Shown: positions 37,965-47,380 of the stretch, one piece after another
Position numbering within the stretch: the stretch's first letter is position 1
How the letters are laid out: each line of letters opens with the position of its first letter
DNA from: Myxococcota bacterium
GTDB taxonomy: Bacteria > Myxococcota_A > UBA9160 > JAFDDA01
DNA: 64,000 bases
Direction: 5' to 3'
Assembly (NCBI GenBank): GCA_965228475.1
Contig: OZ245817.1
Location: 224,001 to 288,000, forward strand
Program-made: the position numbers and the translations under genes
Notes under the pieces: generated by a model
Databases searched by the model: none
What the model was told of the DNA's origin: nothing
The model's input: the letters and a program-made list of their open reading frames with translations, nothing else

Positions 37965-38492
37965 TCAGAAGGGTTTCGCGATCGCGATGACGAACAGCGC
38001 CGGAACCAGCACGATCACGACCGGTTCGGTCACGCGGAAGAAGAGCCAGTGGTACTCCATGTACCGCTCGTAGCGCGCCATGTCGCCCTGCTCCCGGAGC
38101 CGCGCCTTGTTCCCGCCGAGGTGCGAGAGGTGGATGTCGACGATCTCCATGGGAAGGATGACGAGGATCCCGATCCAGAGCTTCGCCGTGACGAAGCTCG
38201 CCGTGGTCAGGGAGAAGCCGCCGATCCAGAGCAGCAGGCCCGCCGTCACGACGAGCACCACGAAGGCCACGTGCTCGAGGGAGGCGCCGCGGTCGAAACG
38301 TTCCATCAGGTCGTCGCGCCGGGCGCGGGCCTCGGCGTCGTCGGGGTGGCGCTGTGCCCGGCGGAAGGCCGGCTTCAGGTAGTAGGCCCAGGCGACGGCG
38401 GTGCTGAACGCCCAGAGCGCGGCGGCCAGGACGTGAAGCGCCTTGACGTAGCCGTACCAGGGAAGGAGTCCGGTGCGAACCTCTTCGAGCAT
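37965..38492 (-). CDS. Four-TM membrane protein (CopD/DUF2269-like)
   Basis: KALHVLAA, hydrophobic segments, C-terminal AKPF. Confidence 0.6.
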   Translation of the reverse strand: MLEEVRTGLLPWYGYVKALHVLAAALWAFSTAVAWAYYLKPAFRRAQRHPDDAEARARRDDLMERFDRGASLEHVAFVVLVVTAGLLLWIGGFSLTTASFVTAKLWIGILVILPMEIVDIHLSHLGGNKARLREQGDMARYERYMEYHWLFFRVTEPVVIVLVPALFVIAIAKPF

Positions 38493-38530
38493 GTCGAGAC
38501 CCTACCACTCCCCGCGTCGTCGCCGTGCCT

Positions 38531-39406
38531 CTAGAGCGGCGTTCCGTGGGCGCGGGCGAAGGGGAGGAACGCGTCGGCGATGGCGGTGAATACGGGCCGG
38601 TCGTGGGCCGCGCCGATCGGGGCGCCGTCGAGACTCGCCACCGGGACCACGCGGGCGCCGGTTCCCGTCAGGAAGACCTCGTCGGCCGAAAGCACGTCCA
38701 TGCGTGAGAGCGGTTCTTCGGAGACGGGACGGCCCTGCGCGGCGGCGATCTCGAGCACGCTCGCTCGCGTGATGCCCTCGAGGCAGCCCTCGTTCGGCGG
38801 CGGCGTGCGCAGGGTACCCCCGCGCCAGACGAACAGGTTCGCGACGCTCGCCTCGGCGACGCGGCCCTCGGCGTTCAGCACGAGCGCTTCGTCGGCCCCG
38901 CGCAGGCGCGCTTCGCGCTTGGCGAGGACGCTGTTCAGGTAGTTCAGGCTCTTCACGCGCGGGTCGATCGCGTCGAGCGCCGGCTTGCGCACGCTCGCCG
39001 TCACGAGCTCGAGACCCTGGGCGCGCTTCTCCGGCGGATAGAGCCGCGCTTCGGCGGCGATGCAGAACACGCGGCCGGGTCCGCAGCGCGTCGGATCGAC
39101 GCCGAGCTCGCCGTCGCCGCGCGTGACCACGAGCCGCAGGTAGGCGTCGTCGCGCCCGAGCGCGCGCGCGGATTCGAAGACGGCCTTCTCGAGCGTTTCG
39201 GCGCCGCCGGGCACTTCGAGCCCGATCCCACGGGCGCCCGCGAGCAGGCGAGCCAGGTGATCGCGCAGGCGGAACACCCTGCGCTCGTAGACGCGAATGC
39301 CCTCGAAGATGCCGTCGCCGTAGAGAAGCCCGTGATCCGTGACCGGGAGCTTCGCTTCCTTGGGGGGAAGGAGTTCACCGTCGAGCCATACGATTCCGTC
39401 GATCAT
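38531..39406 (-). CDS. ilvE: Branched-chain amino acid aminotransferase (class IV)
   Basis: DHGLLYGDGIFEG, YLRLVVTRG, KSLNYLN, LEGITR, FLTGT. Confidence 0.88.
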   Translation of the reverse strand: MIDGIVWLDGELLPPKEAKLPVTDHGLLYGDGIFEGIRVYERRVFRLRDHLARLLAGARGIGLEVPGGAETLEKAVFESARALGRDDAYLRLVVTRGDGELGVDPTRCGPGRVFCIAAEARLYPPEKRAQGLELVTASVRKPALDAIDPRVKSLNYLNSVLAKREARLRGADEALVLNAEGRVAEASVANLFVWRGGTLRTPPPNEGCLEGITRASVLEIAAAQGRPVSEEPLSRMDVLSADEVFLTGTGARVVPVASLDGAPIGAAHDRPVFTAIADAFLPFARAHGTPL

Positions 39407-40200
39407 CCGTCCGCTCCTGCCACCCCATCTGCCACCGTCGTTCCCTCGGCGCGTCCCAGCCTTTCGCTCACGCGCTTGGCGCCGGCGCAGAGCGTCTCGA
39501 CGACGTGCCGTTCGCCGAGCCGTTCGAGTGCCGGGGCCGAAGCGGCCGCGATCAACGCACCCACCAGGCCGCCGCCCCCACCGAAGACCGGCGCCGCCAC
39601 GACCGAGAGCCCTTCGATCCACTCGCCGCGGTTCGCCGCCCAGCCGAGTTCCCGCGCTCGCTCGACCTCGCGTGCGAGCGCTTCGCCCGATTGCGTGCGC
39701 TCCGTGAAGCGCGTCTCCGGTGCAGCGACCAGGCGCTCCGGCGCGAAGGCGCGGTAGAGCTTCCCGACGGCCGTGGCGTGGCTCGGGACCGCCGCGCCGA
39801 CCTGCGGTGCCGCGCGCAGGAAGCCGTCGCCTTCCACCTTGTCGAGGACGACCAGGGCGCCGCCGCGCTCGGCGACGAGGAAGAAGGTCTCGCCGAGCTC
39901 GGCCGCGCTGGCTTCGAGCACCGGGCGGGCCGCGGAGATCAGGCCATCCGCCTGGACGACGGCGGCGCCGAGCCCGGCCAGGGCGAAGCCGAGCCGGTAG
40001 CGCCCTTCGGCGCGCTCGACGAAGCCGCGCCCGGCCAGGGTGCTCAAGAGGCGGTGGGTACTGGCTTTGGGGAGCGATACCCGGCGGGCGAGTTCGCTCA
40101 CGCCGAGGGCGCCTTCGGCCCGGCCGAGCTCGAGCAGGATCAGGAGCGCGCGATCGACCGTCGCGGTGGCGGGCTCGGGCGTCGGGCGGGGGGAGGCCAT
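39403..40200 (-). CDS. IclR-family regulator
   Basis: VDRAL.IL, LPKASTHRLL.TL, HATAVGK. Confidence 0.92.
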   Translation of the reverse strand: MASPRPTPEPATATVDRALLILLELGRAEGALGVSELARRVSLPKASTHRLLSTLAGRGFVERAEGRYRLGFALAGLGAAVVQADGLISAARPVLEASAAELGETFFLVAERGGALVVLDKVEGDGFLRAAPQVGAAVPSHATAVGKLYRAFAPERLVAAPETRFTERTQSGEALAREVERARELGWAANRGEWIEGLSVVAAPVFGGGGGLVGALIAAASAPALERLGERHVVETLCAGAKRVSERLGRAEGTTVADGVAGADG

Positions 40201-40212
40201 CGGTTCCCTCTC

Positions 40213-40235
40213 GATGTTCCGATTAATGGAACATC
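40213..40235. promoter_or_regulatory. Candidate IclR operator GATGTTCC-N7-GGAACATC
   Basis: Perfect 8-bp inverted repeat 12 bp upstream of the IclR start. Confidence 0.75.
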
Positions 40236-40278
40236 TATCCGTCAGTTGAAACGATCCTACTCGCGCGCCCCCGTGGAG

Positions 40279-41961
40279 TCAACCGGGGATTCCGAGCCGC
40301 AGCAGCGCCTGGGCCGCGCGGGCTCCGTCGATGGCGGCGCTCATGATCCCGCCGGCGTATCCCGCCCCTTCGCCGCAGGGGAAGAGGTTGGCGAAGCCCT
40401 CGGCGGTGAAGTGCTCGGCGTGGCGGGGCATGCGGACGGGGCCGGAGCTGCGGGTCTCGACGCCGACGAGGATCCCTTCGGCGCCCGCGAAGCCCGGGAT
40501 CTCGCGTTCGAAGGCGGCGAGCCCGCGGGCCACCGCCCGGTGCACCGGCTCCGGCAGCAGGCGGTCGAGCCGGGCCGGGCGGGTTCCGAAGCGGTAGCTC
40601 GTCCGGGCGAGTCCGGCGCTCGGCCGTCCGGCCAGGAAGTCCGGAACCGCCTGGGCCGGCGCCGTGTAGTCGCCGCCGCCGGCCGCGAAGGCGGCCCGTT
40701 CGAGTTCGGCCTGGAAGGCGACGCCCGCGAAGGGGCCAGCGCCGTACTCGCGCGGGCCGAGCGTGGTGACGACGGCCGCGTTGGCGAAGGGCGAAGAGTG
40801 GCGCGAGTTGCTCATGCCGTTGGTGCACAGCAGGCCGGGCTCGCTCACGCTGGCGACGATCTGCCCGCCCGGGCACATGCAGAAGGTATGGGCCGCGGGG
40901 CCGGCTTCGCCCGCGCGACACACGAGCGCGTAGGATGCTGCCCCGAGGAGGTCCGCCTCCGGCCCCTCGCCGTGGCGTCCGCGATCGACGAGTCGTTGAG
41001 GGTGCTCGACGCGCACGCCGAGCTGGAACGGCTTGGCCGAGAAGACGACGCCGTCCGCCGCCAGCTGCTCCCACGTGTCTCGCGCGCTGTGGCCCGGGGC
41101 GAAGACGACGGCGTCGCAGGCGATCTCGCCGTCGCTCGTTCGCAGGGCCGTCACGCGCTCGCGCGAACCCGGCGCGAGCACGAGTCCCTCGACCCGCACG
41201 CCGAAGCGGAAGCGGGCGCCGAGCGCTTCGATCCGCTCGCGCAGCCGGGGCAGGATGCGATGCAGGCGGTCCGTGCCGATGTGGGCGCGCGCGTCGAAGC
41301 CAATCGCTTCCGGCGCGCCGGCGGCGACGAGCTCCGCGAGGAGCGGTGCCTCGAGCGGGTCGGAGACGCGCGTGTAGAGCTTGCCGTCGGAGTAGGTCCC
41401 GGCGCCGCCTTCGCCGAACAGGAGGTTCCGCTCGGGGTCCGGCGTTCGCGTCCGGTCGAAGCGGGCGATGGCCCGGCCCCGCTCGCGCAGCCCCGGACCG
41501 CGGTCGAGAAGCGTCACGGCGACGCCGTGGCGGGCGAGGACGAGCGCGGCGAACAGACCGGCGGGCCCGGTTCCGACCACCGCGACCCGCGCACCCGCGA
41601 TCCCAGGGCCGACCGCGTCGACCTCGAGGCCGACCGCCTCGGGCGTCGCCGTCACCCGGCCCGCGCGAAGCGCCCGCTCGAGTGCGCCGCTCGTGGTGCC
41701 TTCGGCGACGGTGACGTCCGCGTGGAGGACGAAGGCGAGCCGCCGGTGAGCGCCGCGCTTTCTTGCATCGAGGGACTTGCGAACGATCCGAAGGCTCCGG
41801 AGCGCCTCGCCGCCGAGCCCCGCCGCCGCCGCCACCTGCTCGCGGACGGCGTCCTCCGGGGCGTCGACGGCCACGCGGACTCCGAGCACCCGCAGGTGTC
41901 GGAGCTTCCCGGAAGGCTCATCCACCCCGTCGGGCGTTCGCTGGCCAGGCTCCTCTTCCAC
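40279..41961 (-). CDS. FAD-dependent oxidoreductase (COG2509-like)
   Basis: SLDARK, GTGPAG, FGEGGAGTYSDGKL, HIGTD, FCMCPGG, GEGAGYAGGI. Confidence 0.88.
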   Translation of the reverse strand: MEEEPGQRTPDGVDEPSGKLRHLRVLGVRVAVDAPEDAVREQVAAAAGLGGEALRSLRIVRKSLDARKRGAHRRLAFVLHADVTVAEGTTSGALERALRAGRVTATPEAVGLEVDAVGPGIAGARVAVVGTGPAGLFAALVLARHGVAVTLLDRGPGLRERGRAIARFDRTRTPDPERNLLFGEGGAGTYSDGKLYTRVSDPLEAPLLAELVAAGAPEAIGFDARAHIGTDRLHRILPRLRERIEALGARFRFGVRVEGLVLAPGSRERVTALRTSDGEIACDAVVFAPGHSARDTWEQLAADGVVFSAKPFQLGVRVEHPQRLVDRGRHGEGPEADLLGAASYALVCRAGEAGPAAHTFCMCPGGQIVASVSEPGLLCTNGMSNSRHSSPFANAAVVTTLGPREYGAGPFAGVAFQAELERAAFAAGGGDYTAPAQAVPDFLAGRPSAGLARTSYRFGTRPARLDRLLPEPVHRAVARGLAAFEREIPGFAGAEGILVGVETRSSGPVRMPRHAEHFTAEGFANLFPCGEGAGYAGGIMSAAIDGARAAQALLRLGIPG

Positions 41962-42100
41962 ACCTTCTCCGTTCTGCAGCAGGCCGCTCGCGGGCCTCCG
42001 GCCGTGCTTCTCCCGGGATTCGGCCGTTTTTCGCCCAGCGGCTTCCCCGAAGGCGGTAGCATCGCACCGCTTTCACGATTCTCGATTGGGGGGAGAGACC

Positions 42101-43144
42101 ATGCACGACCCGGCCACGAAACGCACCATCGCCCAGGCCGTCGGCCTGGCGTTCGCTCTCCTCCTCGCTCCCCAGACCGCCCGGGCCGAGTGGGTCGATT
42201 GGATCCTCGAGGCCTCCTTCGAGACGAAGTTCACCGACAACCTGAACCAGACCGCCTTCGACAACGACGAGGCGAGCGACTTCATCTTCTCGCCGAAGCT
42301 CGCGGCCGGCCGGATCTTCCAGCTCGGCGACCTCACCCGGCTCTCGGGAACGATCGACGTCGAGGGGACGACCCATGCCCGCTTCGATCGTCTGAACGCC
42401 GTCACCTACGGCGTCACCGTGGCCGCGCACCACAAGTTCGGACTCGGGCGCAACAAGCCCTGGGCGCGGGCGCACGCCTCGGGCGCGCGCTTCGACCTGC
42501 GCGAGCACGGCCGCGACAGCTGGCTGATCGGGACGGGGCTCGAGTTCGGCAAGCGCTTCACGCCGCGCTTCGACGTCTCGATCGGCTGGGGCTACGACGT
42601 TCGCGAGGCGGAGAGCGGCCGCGCCGCGGTGGTCGGATTCAACGACAACGTCTGGGATCAGGCGCGCCACCGCGTCACGGCCCAGGCAAACTTCCTCGTG
42701 ACGGACCTGCTCCTCTTCACCGGCGGTCTCGAGTACCTGAACGGCGACTTCCTCTCGAGCTGCCCGAAGGTGAACACGGCCGCGGCCCTCGGCGTTGGTC
42801 CCGGGCCTGGCCCTGGACCCGGGCCCGGCCCCGGACCTGGCCCTGGACCGGGGCCCGGACCCGGCCCCGCGCCCGGCCCGGGCGTTGCCGCCGTGGCCGG
42901 CGGCGGAAGCCTGCTGCAGCGGGAGAGCCCGCAGTCCCTCGCCCTCGACGAAGTCTTCGGCAACGATCCGGGCGACTGCATCTATCGGATCGACGGAGAG
43001 ATCTACGCCGCCTTCGTCTCGCTGAACTACCCCGTGACGGACCGGGTGAGCGTCGACCTCGGCTACCGCTTCCAGCACGGCGACGGCAAGATCCTGCACT
43101 ACCAGACGAACTCGGCGAACCTGACGTTCACCTACCGCTACTAG
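42101..43144 (+). CDS. Outer-membrane beta-barrel protein with (GP)n loop
   Basis: Signal peptide; amphipathic strands; C-terminal LTFTYRY. Confidence 0.75.
   Translation: MHDPATKRTIAQAVGLAFALLLAPQTARAEWVDWILEASFETKFTDNLNQTAFDNDEASDFIFSPKLAAGRIFQLGDLTRLSGTIDVEGTTHARFDRLNAVTYGVTVAAHHKFGLGRNKPWARAHASGARFDLREHGRDSWLIGTGLEFGKRFTPRFDVSIGWGYDVREAESGRAAVVGFNDNVWDQARHRVTAQANFLVTDLLLFTGGLEYLNGDFLSSCPKVNTAAALGVGPGPGPGPGPGPGPGPGPGPGPGPAPGPGVAAVAGGGSLLQRESPQSLALDEVFGNDPGDCIYRIDGEIYAAFVSLNYPVTDRVSVDLGYRFQHGDGKILHYQTNSANLTFTYRY
42797..42883 (+). repeat. Coding repeat (Gly-Pro)12-Ala-Pro-Gly-Pro-Gly
   Basis: Read directly; synonymous codons vary. Confidence 0.95.
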
Positions 43145-43146
43145 CC

Positions 43147-43785
43147 GTGAAGCTCGCATTGTTCCTGGCCTGGGCGGTCGTTGCCGCGCTGCCGGCGTCG
43201 GCCGGCACCGTCACGGCGACGATCGTCGACAAGAAGGGCAAGCCGGTCGAGGACGCCGTGCTGCTGGCCTACCCCGCTTCGCCGGGGAAACGCGCGCGCA
43301 AGCCCGCCACGGTCGACGTCGACCAGGTCGACAAGGAGTTCAAGCCGCGGGTGTCCGCCGTCGCGGTCGGGACGCCGATCCGCTTCCCGAACTACGATCA
43401 GATCCGCCACCACGTCTACTCGTTCTCGCCCGCCAAGAACTTCGAGATTCCGCTCTACAAGGGCGTCCCCGCGGAGCCGATCGTCTTCGACCAGCCCGGT
43501 GTCGTGACCCTCGGCTGCAACATCCACGATTGGATGCAGGGCTGGGTGTTCGTGGCGGAGACGCCCTACTTCGTGGTGAGCGATGCGAGCGGCAAGGCGG
43601 AGCTGACGGGTCTTCCCGCGGGAGCGACGAGGCTCCGCGTCTGGCACCCCAACCTGAAGGGGAAGCCCGAGGCGACCGAGCAGGCCGTCGAGGTCGGCTC
43701 CGGGAGTCAGGCCGTGGCCTTCGAGATCGACCGCAAGAAGGGTTGGAAGACCCGCCGCGGCGGTCGCAGCCGCGACCGCTACTAG
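43147..43785 (+). CDS. Secreted cupredoxin-like protein ('methylamine utilization protein'-type)
   Basis: DQ.DKEF.P, FPNYD.IRHHVYSFS, LGCNIHDWM, VWHP; GTG start 2 bp after the barrel stop. Confidence 0.8.
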   Translation: MKLALFLAWAVVAALPASAGTVTATIVDKKGKPVEDAVLLAYPASPGKRARKPATVDVDQVDKEFKPRVSAVAVGTPIRFPNYDQIRHHVYSFSPAKNFEIPLYKGVPAEPIVFDQPGVVTLGCNIHDWMQGWVFVAETPYFVVSDASGKAELTGLPAGATRLRVWHPNLKGKPEATEQAVEVGSGSQAVAFEIDRKKGWKTRRGGRSRDRY

Positions 43786-43802
43786 GCCCATCGCGAGAAG
43801 CG

Positions 43803-44453
43803 CTATTTGCCGAAGCCTTCCGGTGCGTCCGGCTGGTTCTCGGGCGCCGCGCGCTGGAACGCTTCCAGTTCGAGGCAGCGGTCTGCGATCCCCGTGAGGG
43901 TCGGGTAGGGCCCGAGGTCGATGCCACCGCGGCGCGCGTTCCCAACCTGGGGAACCACGCAGACGTCTGCGAGGGTCGGGGCCTCGCCGTGGCAGAAGGA
44001 TCCGGTGGCGGGGTGATCCGCCAGGAGCGCTTCGAGCGCCGCGAGGCCGCGCTTCACCCAGTGCCGATACCAGTGGCCGCGGTCTTCGTCGCTGACGCCG
44101 ACCTCGCCGAGGTGGACCAGCACCCCGGTGTTCTGGAGCGGCTGGACGTCGGCGACCACGGCCAGGGCGAGCTGGCGGACCCGGGCGCGCCCGGCGGCGT
44201 CCGCGGGCAGCAGCGGCGGCTGCGGAACCTTCTCTTCGAGGTACTCGAGGATCGCGAGGGCTTGGCTCAAACGGACGTCGCCATCGACGAGGAACGGGAC
44301 CCGTCCCTCGGGGTTCAGCGCGAGGTATTCGCCCCCGAGCTGCGCCCCCTCGAAGAGGTTCACGAAGACCGGCTCGTAGGAGAGCCCCTTCCACTCGAGC
44401 GCGATCCGTACGCGGTAGCTCGCCGACGACAGAATGAACGTGTAGAGCTGCAT
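43803..44453 (-). CDS. maiA: Maleylacetoacetate isomerase (zeta GST)
   Basis: SSASYRVRIAL, QALAILEYLEE, DVQPLQN, PENQPD. Confidence 0.92.
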   Translation of the reverse strand: MQLYTFILSSASYRVRIALEWKGLSYEPVFVNLFEGAQLGGEYLALNPEGRVPFLVDGDVRLSQALAILEYLEEKVPQPPLLPADAAGRARVRQLALAVVADVQPLQNTGVLVHLGEVGVSDEDRGHWYRHWVKRGLAALEALLADHPATGSFCHGEAPTLADVCVVPQVGNARRGGIDLGPYPTLTGIADRCLELEAFQRAAPENQPDAPEGFGK

Positions 44454-44520
44454 TCCGCGAGTCTATCGGACCTGCCCGGGCACCGGCCTTGCGGCGCGGC
44501 CCGGTTGCTAGCCTCTTCGC

Positions 44521-45390
44521 ATGGCTGCTCTCCCCCATCCTGCCGGGGCGGCGATTCGCCACGCTCCGCTCCGTGCGCCGCACCGCATGGCGATGGGCCT
44601 CGCGCTTCTCGGGGATCCCGCGCAGTGGCTCGTCCTCGATGCGGACCTCGAGCAGGACGCCGCGGAGAAGCGACGCCTCTTTGCCGAAGTGCCGTCGCAG
44701 GTGTTCGTCGAGCTCCCCGCTTCCCGGGCGGCGCAGCGTGAGACGCGGGACGTCCTCGCCGCGCACCTCGCCGCGCATCATCCGGACGCGCCCCGGCCGC
44801 TCCCGGCGGACGGGGAAGCGCCTCCGCTGCTCGCCGCGAGCTGGCGCGTCCAGGAAGATCTCTCTCTGCTCGAACGGGACGAGTCCTGCTGGCGGCTCAC
44901 GGCGGCGAGCGTCTGCTTCCCGACGCGCTGGGATCTGCCTTCGAAGCTCGGCGACACGCTGACCGGGATCCACGACCCGGTTCCCGGCTACCGAGCGGCG
45001 CTCGGGGCGCCCGCGGAGCGCTTCTTCGACGGCCTCCGCCCGGGCCGGATCGCGGTGCGCGCGAACTGGTCCCTCGTCGACTCGCCGGAGCTCTTCCAGC
45101 CGCTCCACGGAAACCGCGACGCGGCGCGCCACGTCACCCATGAAAACGTGGCGGAGTCCGTCTGGCTTCGCACCGAGCGGCAGACCCTGTGCCGCATGCC
45201 CGAGACCGGTGCCGTGCTCTTCACGATCCGCGTGCTGCGCGATCCGCTCGCGGCGTTCGCGGAGGCCCCGGAGCGCGCGCGCCTGCTCGCGGAAGATCTG
45301 CGGACCCTTCCCGAGGATCTCGCCCGCTACAAGTCGATCCCTGATCTACGGCGCCCCGTCCTCGCCTGGCTCGATGCCGTTGCGCGTTGA
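44521..45390 (+). CDS. DUF3445 / heme-dependent oxidative N-demethylase alpha-subunit-like protein
   Basis: QEDL, VCFPTRW...KLG, IHDPVP, RANW, RTERQTL..MP.TGAVLFTIR. Confidence 0.85.
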   Translation: MAALPHPAGAAIRHAPLRAPHRMAMGLALLGDPAQWLVLDADLEQDAAEKRRLFAEVPSQVFVELPASRAAQRETRDVLAAHLAAHHPDAPRPLPADGEAPPLLAASWRVQEDLSLLERDESCWRLTAASVCFPTRWDLPSKLGDTLTGIHDPVPGYRAALGAPAERFFDGLRPGRIAVRANWSLVDSPELFQPLHGNRDAARHVTHENVAESVWLRTERQTLCRMPETGAVLFTIRVLRDPLAAFAEAPERARLLAEDLRTLPEDLARYKSIPDLRRPVLAWLDAVAR

Positions 45391-46020
45391 ACGCAGACGC
45401 TTCTCCATGAACACGCGGCCCGGCGAGCCCGTCACGCGTTCGTAGCCGCGCACGGTGCGCTCCGCCGTCACGGCAAGCCCCTCGCGCTCGTAGAGCCGGC
45501 GCGCCGGGTTCGACATCAGCGTGCTGAGTACCAGCCGCTCGCAACCGCGCTCCTTCGCCACGGCTTCCGCGCGTCGAAGCAACCGTGCGCCGAGCCCGCG
45601 GTTGCGCGCGTGCGGCGCGACGTGGAGTTCGACGACGTGCAGCGCCCGGCCCGGGAGCGGAAAGCTCAGCCGCGATCGCAGCCAGCCGCGATGGGCGAGC
45701 CCGGGGATCTGCCACGGACGGAACGTCGCGAGCACGGCCGGCAGGACCGACGCGCCCGCGACGCCCGTTTCACCTCCCGCGCTTCCCGTTTCCTCCACGG
45801 CGAGCACGCCGACGGGCGTCGCGCCCTCGAAGGCCGCGTGGAGCTCCAGGCTCGGGGCTGGGTGGGCGCCCGTCTCGAAGAGGCGCTCTCCCAGGCGACG
45901 GGCGAGCGTTTCGCTTCCGGCGATGCCGCTCATCTCGGGCCCCGGCGGTTCGTAGATCAGTCGCGCTGCGGCGGCGCGTTCGTCGGGGCGGACGGCACGG
46001 ATGTCGAGCGCCTCACCCAC
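45346..46020 (-). CDS. GNAT N-acetyltransferase
   Basis: LHVAPHARNRGLGARLL, NPARRLYER.G. Confidence 0.85.
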   Translation of the reverse strand: MGEALDIRAVRPDERAAAARLIYEPPGPEMSGIAGSETLARRLGERLFETGAHPAPSLELHAAFEGATPVGVLAVEETGSAGGETGVAGASVLPAVLATFRPWQIPGLAHRGWLRSRLSFPLPGRALHVVELHVAPHARNRGLGARLLRRAEAVAKERGCERLVLSTLMSNPARRLYEREGLAVTAERTVRGYERVTGSPGRVFMEKRLRSTRNGIEPGEDGAP

Positions 46021-46636
46021 CGAGTGAGACCAGACCGGAGACGAGAGCTGCGAAGAGCAGGGAGGACGGGCCGATCGCGAGGAGCGCGGTCCAGGCGAAG
46101 CGCCCAAACGGCACGCCCTTCATCGCGGCCGCGATGTTCACGGCGTGCGCGCCGTAGGGGACGTAGCGGCCGAAGATCAGGAACGCCGGGTGGTCGGCCG
46201 GAAGCCGCTTCAGGAATCCCGGAAGGCGTTCCAGGGTCTTCGGGTCCGCGTCGAGGTCGCGCACCATGAAGCGGACCAGGCCGTACTCGAGGAAGCTTCC
46301 GCCGACCCAGCCGAGCCAGCACAGGAAGGCGCCGAGCCAGAACCCGTAGACGCCGATGCTCACCGCGGCCACCAGTTCCCCGGGAACGGGGGACGCGGAG
46401 ACCACGATCTGCGCCGGCACCAGGAACCACATGGCCGAGGTGCCGAAGCGCTCGCGGATGCCTTCGGCCCCGCCGAGGGCGTCGATGCCCTGGACGAGCA
46501 GCACGCCGCCGGCCACGACCGCGAGGAAGGCGAGGAACCCGCGCGAGCGGATCACGCGCCCGGCAAGGCTCGTTTCGGGTTCGAGCGGGTCGGTCAGGGT
46601 CTCGAGTTCGGCCGGTGCGTCCACGTCGTCCTCCAT
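46013..46636 (-). CDS. VTT/DedA (TVP38/TMEM64) membrane protein
   Basis: SPVPGE, YGFWLG, RYVP...VN.AA; start could be 46651. Confidence 0.75.
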   Translation of the reverse strand: MEDDVDAPAELETLTDPLEPETSLAGRVIRSRGFLAFLAVVAGGVLLVQGIDALGGAEGIRERFGTSAMWFLVPAQIVVSASPVPGELVAAVSIGVYGFWLGAFLCWLGWVGGSFLEYGLVRFMVRDLDADPKTLERLPGFLKRLPADHPAFLIFGRYVPYGAHAVNIAAAMKGVPFGRFAWTALLAIGPSSLLFAALVSGLVSLGG

Positions 46637-46751
46637 CCTGCGGGAGGGCATCGCAAGCCCCGTGCCGGGAGGCGGCCGTCTGGGGCCCGGTCCGCGGGTG
46701 CGGCCTGCCAGGGGCAGCCGACACCCGCAGCCTACGGAGCGCAGGAAAGCC

Positions 46752-46804
46752 TTGACATGGGAAAAAATCCCACGCATGATTCAGTTGAGTGGGAATATTT
46801 CCCA
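46752..46804 (+). promoter_or_regulatory. Sigma70-type promoter TTGACA-N17-CATGAT with two TGGGA-N5-TCCCA palindromes
   Basis: -35 at 46752-57, -10 at 46775-80; palindromes at 46758-72 and 46790-804. Confidence 0.8.
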
Positions 46805-46838
46805 TTCTATAAAACTCAATGAAATCGGAGACTTCACC

Positions 46839-47312
46839 ATGCGAGCCCCCTTCCTCTTTGCCTTGGCTCCCCTCCTCCTGGCCCTCCCGGCCTCGGCCCA
46901 GGAGATCGCCGTCGATCTCGACGATCTGGGCGATTCGGTCGAGATCGTCCGCGAAGCCGAGATCGCGGACATCCTTCGCCCCGTCCCGGACCGCGACTCC
47001 GTGGATACGGCGATCGTCTTCACGAACAAGCGCGGTTCCCAGACGGCGGCCAAGTGCATCGGCCTCGATGCCAAGGGCAACGTCGTCGGGCGCGCCTACA
47101 CGCGCGTCGCCGCCAACGGCCTCGCGATCCTGTTCGCCTCGGACCTGACGGACGACGCCGACGTGATCGGCAGCGCGCGCTGCGCTTCGCGTCCGGGCGT
47201 CGTCGCCTCGGCCTTCCTGCTCTCGCCCGGCAGCGTCACGGATCTCCCCGTGCAGCAGCGCCGAAGCCGCGGCGCGAAGCGGATCCTGGTCCCGGTGGTG
47301 GCCACCTACTAG
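46839..47312 (+). CDS. Secreted hypothetical protein (beta-rich, two Cys)
   Basis: GGAG SD; signal peptide ending ASA. Confidence 0.75.
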   Translation: MRAPFLFALAPLLLALPASAQEIAVDLDDLGDSVEIVREAEIADILRPVPDRDSVDTAIVFTNKRGSQTAAKCIGLDAKGNVVGRAYTRVAANGLAILFASDLTDDADVIGSARCASRPGVVASAFLLSPGSVTDLPVQQRRSRGAKRILVPVVATY

Positions 47313-47380
47313 GGAGGGGGACCGGGGGTGCCGCTCGTTCCCCAGGAGCGGCCCCCCGGTCAATCCGGTATCCCTCGGCC

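Noticed and set aside
42797..42883. GP tract as CRISPR or phase-variable microsatellite
   Set aside because: No spacers, in-frame 6-nt unit with diverse synonymous codons
39505..43146. N-terminal ~1210 aa of the 1426-aa ORF
   Set aside because: Antisense/off-frame shadow; only 43147-43785 has protein-like sequence and a signal peptide
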